From positions 1 through 31,661 of the forward strand of contig CAYVXB010000001.1 in NCBI GenBank assembly GCA_964454275.1: DNA of 31,661 bases, in the 5' to 3' direction. The notes beneath the pieces were generated by a model. The model did not search any database. It was not told the origin of the DNA and saw nothing but the letters and a program-made list of their open reading frames with translations. Positions within the stretch are counted from its first letter, which is position 1, and every line of letters begins with the position of its first letter. The stretch comes from an uncultured Chitinophagaceae bacterium (GTDB lineage Bacteria > Bacteroidota > Bacteroidia > Chitinophagales > Chitinophagaceae). The position numbers and the translations under genes were made by a program. This document shows positions 27,444-31,661 of the stretch, one piece after another.

Positions 27444-28934
27444 TTAAAGTTCTTTACGTAAACGTGCTACCGATATATTTAATTGCTCTCTATATTTGGC
27501 TACTGTACGGCGAGCAATATTGTATCCTTTTTCTTGCAGCAATTCCATAAGCTGCTCATCGCTTAACGGTTTATGTTTATCTTCTGCTTCAATAAAATCG
27601 CTCAATATTTTTTTCACTTCTCTGGTAGACACTTCCTCACCTGATTCTGTACTAAGGGATTCACTAAAGAAAAATTTTAGCCGATATGTGCCAAATTCTG
27701 TTTGTACAAATTTGCTACTAGCCACTCTAGATATTGTTGAAATGTCTAGCCCTGTTTTTTCTGCAATAGTTTTTAAAATCAATGGCTTCAGTGTGGTTTC
27801 ATCGCCAGTGGTGAAAAACAAGTACTGATGCTCAATAATAGCATTCATAGTAGAAAGTAAGGTGTGTTGACGTTGCTTAATAATATCAATAAACCATTTA
27901 GCCGCATCTATTTTTTGTTTAATAAAAATAACGGCCTCTTTTTGACGCTTATCTTTTTTGGTGCCTTTATCATACTCTTTCAACATAGTACGATAATTAT
28001 CGCTCACCCTTAAATCGGGAGCATTTTTTGAATTTAAGCTTAGCTCAATTACACCATTGTTATTTACAATAAAAAAATCAGGGATAATATATCCTTGTGA
28101 TTCATTGCCCTCGCCCACACTGCTACCTGGTCGAGGATTTAAATGAATGACTTGATCAATAATATCTTTTAGCGCTTGATCGCTTAAAGAAAAGTGTCGT
28201 TGTATTTTGTCGTAATGCTTTTTAGTAAATATATCGAAGTGTTCTTTTAGTATTTGCATAGCAATATGTACATCTTTCCCTTCGGCTTGTTTACGTTGAA
28301 GCTGCAACAACAAACACTCTTGTAAATTACGGGCAGCTATGCCTGGAGGGTCAAATTGTTGAATTTTTTGAATAATTGTTTGCACTTCTGCTTCTGTAGT
28401 TTGTATATTTTGTCTAAATGCTAAATCATCTACAATAGCAATCGTATCCCTTCGTAGATAGCCATCATCATCAATATTACCTATAATTTGTTCGGATATT
28501 TTTTGTTGGTGCTCACTAAGAGATAGCATGCCCACCTGCGTTAACAAATGTTCATAAAAGGATCTTTCCATTTTCAGAGGTGTACTTTTCTGTTCTTCTG
28601 CTGCGGTGTAATTATCCTCTCGTAATTTATAATCTGGAAATTCATCATCTCCTTCTGCTATATACTCACTAATATCTATTTGTTCTGTAAGCACTTCTTC
28701 ATGCACATCCTCTATTTCACTACCCTCTTCTTCTGTTGATTCAAATTCTTCTACCTCCTCTTCAACACTATTTTCATTTTCTTCTCCAAGCTCCAATGCA
28801 GGATTTTCTTCTAACTCTTCCTTAATACGTTGTTCAAGATTTGCCGTAGGAATCTGCAACAATTTCATGAGTTGAATTTGTTGTGGAGATAGCTTTTGCA
28901 ACATCTTTTGTTGTAACCCTTGATATATTGCCAT
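27444..28934 (-). CDS. rpoN: RNA polymerase sigma-54 factor
   Basis: Gln-rich region I (QKLSPQQIQLMKLLQ), DISTISR HTH and RpoN box ARRTVAKYREQL. Confidence 0.98.
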   Translation of the reverse strand: MAIYQGLQQKMLQKLSPQQIQLMKLLQIPTANLEQRIKEELEENPALELGEENENSVEEEVEEFESTEEEGSEIEDVHEEVLTEQIDISEYIAEGDDEFPDYKLREDNYTAAEEQKSTPLKMERSFYEHLLTQVGMLSLSEHQQKISEQIIGNIDDDGYLRRDTIAIVDDLAFRQNIQTTEAEVQTIIQKIQQFDPPGIAARNLQECLLLQLQRKQAEGKDVHIAMQILKEHFDIFTKKHYDKIQRHFSLSDQALKDIIDQVIHLNPRPGSSVGEGNESQGYIIPDFFIVNNNGVIELSLNSKNAPDLRVSDNYRTMLKEYDKGTKKDKRQKEAVIFIKQKIDAAKWFIDIIKQRQHTLLSTMNAIIEHQYLFFTTGDETTLKPLILKTIAEKTGLDISTISRVASSKFVQTEFGTYRLKFFFSESLSTESGEEVSTREVKKILSDFIEAEDKHKPLSDEQLMELLQEKGYNIARRTVAKYREQLNISVARLRKEL

Positions 28935-28964
28935 AGTTATTGGTGTGTTATTTATGTAAAACGC

Positions 28965-28976
28965 TGTAAATTTACA
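28965..28976. promoter_or_regulatory. 12-bp palindrome TGTAAATTTACA between divergent rpoN and receiver genes
   Basis: Perfect palindrome containing TAAATTTA, a -7-like variant, on both strands. Confidence 0.4.
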
Positions 28977-28995
28977 AACAATAATACAATATCAT

Positions 28996-29445
28996 ATGCT
29001 AACATACGTTGAGAAAAATGTTCCCTCCACATCTAAAGAAGATGATATGCAAAATAAAAAGCATACACTAAAAATATTATCTGTCGATGATGATGAAATG
29101 AATCAATTACTTTTTACTTCTTTATTGTCTAAATTGGGATACACTTGTGCAACAGCAAAAAACGGCAAACAAGCTGTTGACATGGTTTTAAAAGAAGAGT
29201 TTGATATTATTTTTATGGACATATATATGCCTATAATGGATGGCATAGAAGCTACTTTTCAAATAAGAAACGCCCTGAAAACAAAACAAAAGCCCATTAT
29301 TGTTGCCTTATCTGCTAATAATTTTGATGATGAAAAACAAAAATGTACCGTCGCTGGAATGAACGATTTTATGCAAAAACCCTATAGATTAGTAACAATG
29401 GAAGAACTACTTGATAAATGGAATAAGGAATTGCAAAAAAATTAA
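28996..29445 (+). CDS. Stand-alone response-regulator receiver (CheY-like)
   Basis: ILSVDDD, FMDIYMPIMDG (phospho-Asp), IVALSAN, MQKP; alternative start ATG 29047. Confidence 0.9.
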   Translation: MLTYVEKNVPSTSKEDDMQNKKHTLKILSVDDDEMNQLLFTSLLSKLGYTCATAKNGKQAVDMVLKEEFDIIFMDIYMPIMDGIEATFQIRNALKTKQKPIIVALSANNFDDEKQKCTVAGMNDFMQKPYRLVTMEELLDKWNKELQKN

Positions 29446-29532
29446 AACAAATGGTGCAATGTAAATCAACACGAGTTAAAAAAGAATACTGTAATCATAT
29501 ATTAACTACATCACAACCATCTTTTTAACCTA

Positions 29533-29554
29533 AGCCACAATATATGTTGTGGCT
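29533..29554 (+). terminator. Hairpin downstream of the receiver gene (weak terminator candidate)
   Basis: AGCCACAA-TATATG-TTGTGGCT, but only a short CTTT tail. Confidence 0.35.
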
Positions 29555-29633
29555 CTTTACATAGTTTTATGATGAAATTTATTTTTCCATATTTACCTTT
29601 AAATAATAATTGATACAATAACTTACAACCCTC

Positions 29634-31622
29634 ATGCATTTTCATAGAAAAAATTTAAGCACCAAACAATTAATACACTTTTATAAACAACTTCTATTAC
29701 CAAGGTTAATAGAAGAGAAAATGCTTATACTACTACGACAAGGAAAAATAAGCAAATGGTTTAGTGGTATAGGGCAAGAGGCTATTTCCGTAGGAGCAAC
29801 ACTTGCATTGCAACCCGATGAATGGATCATGCCGCTACATCGAAATTTAGGGGTGTTTACAACTCGGCAAATGCCTTTACATAAACTATTTGCGCAATGG
29901 CAGGGACATAAAGAAGGTTATAGCAAAGGCAGAGAAAGAAGTTTTCATTTTGGTAGTCGAGCACATTATATATGTGGAATGATTTCACATTTAGGACCTC
30001 AACTAGCGATAGCCGATGGTGTAGCGTTAGCACATACATTAAAACAAGAAAAAAAAATATCCTTAGCTTTTACAGGAGAAGGTGCTACCAGCGAAGGCGA
30101 TTTTCATGAAGCGTTAAACGTAGCTGCCGTATGGAATTTACCTGTAATTTTTATTATTGAAAATAATGGATATGGCTTAAGTACTCCTAGTAACGAACAA
30201 TATCGTTGTACAAACCTTATAGACAAAGCAAAAGGATATGGTATAGAAGGTATACAAATAGATGGTAATAATATACTAGAGGTATATGACACTATTTATA
30301 ATGCACGTAAACAATGTATTGTTGAACAAAGGCCTTATTTAGTTGAATGCACAACATTTAGAATGCGAGGCCATGAAGAGGCTAGTGGAACTAAATATGT
30401 ACCTCCGCATTTATTTGAAGAATGGAAACAAAAAGATCCTATACAGCATTATGAATATTATTTATTAAGTAATAACATTCTACAACAAGAAGACATTAAG
30501 CAAACTCATCAAGACATACAAAAATATATTGAAAAAGAACTACAGCAAGGCTTTTCGTATACTCCTATACAATCCTCTACAGAGGAAGAATTAAAGGATG
30601 TATATAAAAAAGATGACCATGTAGTAACCCCTACATTTTCCTCTATTGTTGAAGGTAAGGAGGATGTCCGCTTTATTGACGCTATAAAGGAAGGGCTATC
30701 ACAAAGTATGCAGCAACATCCTAATCTAATATTAATGGGTCAAGATATTGCAGCGTATGGCGGCGCTTTTAAAATAACCGAAGGGTTTGTAGCCCAATTT
30801 GGGAAAGAACGTGTACGAAATACTCCCTTATGCGAAAGCGCTATTATAGGTACCGCATTAGGGTTAAGTTTAGAAGGCTTTAAAAGCATGGTAGAAATGC
30901 AATTTTCCGATTTCGTAACCTGTGGTTTTAATCAAATTGTAAACAACCTAGCCAAAATACATTACCGTTGGGGACAAAATGCGGATGTTGTTATTCGCAT
31001 GCCAACAGGCGCTGGCGTTGGTGCAGGACCTTTTCATAGCCAAAGTACAGAAGCATGGTTTACGCATGTTCCAGGCCTAAAAGTAGTATACCCATCCACA
31101 CCCTTTGATGCTAAAGGATTATTAATCGCAGCCATCAATGATCCCAATCCTGTATTATATTTTGAACATAAGGTTTTATATAGAAGTGTCGTAGGGCAAG
31201 TACCAGATCAATATTATGAAATACCTATTGGCAAAGCAACTATTGTACACAAAGGTGACGACATGAGTATTATAACATATGGCGCAGGAGTGCATTGGGC
31301 TTTAGATTATGCAAAAGCTCACCCAGATTTATCGTTGCATATACTTGATTTGAGAACGTTGCTGCCATTAGATTACGAAGCCATAGAACAAAGTGTTAAA
31401 GCAACGGGGCGTGTGTTAATATTGCACGAAGACACTCTATTTGGGGGTATTGGTGGCGAAATTGCTGCATGGATTACAGAAAACTGTTTTGAATACTTGG
31501 ATGCGCCTATTATGCGATGTGCTTCACTAAATACACCTATCCCGTTTAATACAGAATTAGAACAGCACTTTTTAGCCAAATCTAAATTAGATGCATATGT
31601 AAAAAAACTGCTGCAATTTTAA
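29634..31622 (+). CDS. Fused 2-oxoacid dehydrogenase E1 alpha/beta (branched-chain/2-oxoisovalerate type)
   Basis: ThDP motif GEGATSEGDFHEALN...ENN, FRMRGHEEA, beta part MGQDIA, NTPLCESAIIG, GAGPFHSQS, DLRTLLPLD. Confidence 0.9.
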   Translation: MHFHRKNLSTKQLIHFYKQLLLPRLIEEKMLILLRQGKISKWFSGIGQEAISVGATLALQPDEWIMPLHRNLGVFTTRQMPLHKLFAQWQGHKEGYSKGRERSFHFGSRAHYICGMISHLGPQLAIADGVALAHTLKQEKKISLAFTGEGATSEGDFHEALNVAAVWNLPVIFIIENNGYGLSTPSNEQYRCTNLIDKAKGYGIEGIQIDGNNILEVYDTIYNARKQCIVEQRPYLVECTTFRMRGHEEASGTKYVPPHLFEEWKQKDPIQHYEYYLLSNNILQQEDIKQTHQDIQKYIEKELQQGFSYTPIQSSTEEELKDVYKKDDHVVTPTFSSIVEGKEDVRFIDAIKEGLSQSMQQHPNLILMGQDIAAYGGAFKITEGFVAQFGKERVRNTPLCESAIIGTALGLSLEGFKSMVEMQFSDFVTCGFNQIVNNLAKIHYRWGQNADVVIRMPTGAGVGAGPFHSQSTEAWFTHVPGLKVVYPSTPFDAKGLLIAAINDPNPVLYFEHKVLYRSVVGQVPDQYYEIPIGKATIVHKGDDMSIITYGAGVHWALDYAKAHPDLSLHILDLRTLLPLDYEAIEQSVKATGRVLILHEDTLFGGIGGEIAAWITENCFEYLDAPIMRCASLNTPIPFNTELEQHFLAKSKLDAYVKKLLQF

Positions 31623-31661
31623 TATTTATTGAAAACCAGACAAGAAAACTTGTTGATATTT

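Noticed and set aside
29535-29552. CCACAATATATGTTGTGG as an NrdR box
   Set aside because: Spacing does not fit the 16-bp box and no ribonucleotide reductase gene is adjacent; kept as a hairpin.
2624-31579. Short antisense or overlapping ORFs in the track (e.g. 2624-2890, 6629-6916, 17573-17827, 27496-27828, 24017-24217)
   Set aside because: Shadows of well-supported genes or of regulatory DNA, with no family motifs.

Overview
AT-rich chromosomal window from a Bacteroidota bacterium. The gene set and TAnnTTTG promoters suggest a Chitinophagaceae-like organism (inference). It is mostly core genes: GSCFA protein, HMG-CoA lyase, HMA protein, Nudix hydrolase, purine-nucleoside phosphorylase, putative porin, NtrC-type regulator, lepB, apaG, an ECF sigma triad, rodA, mrdA, thrS, a BBE-type flavin oxidase, GH3 protein, rplU, rpmA, an MFS sugar transporter, a paaE-like reductase, an AI-2E transporter, rpoN, an orphan receiver and a fused E1 alpha/beta 2-oxoacid dehydrogenase. 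I saw no tRNA, rRNA, CRISPR array or transposase. Three things are not explained by the ORF track. (1) The 562-bp gap between convergent genes (26232-26793) holds seven copies of a 16-bp palindrome (consensus ATRGCAAATTTGCYAT) phased at 21 bp, flanked by a REP-like hairpin and a second repeat class; its function is unknown. (2) An unannotated 36-aa, 50%-lysine histone-H1-like microprotein lies directly after rplU-rpmA. (3) A metallo-beta-lactamase-fold gene is frameshifted, apparently by a microhomology-mediated deletion. All product calls come from motif recognition, not database searches.
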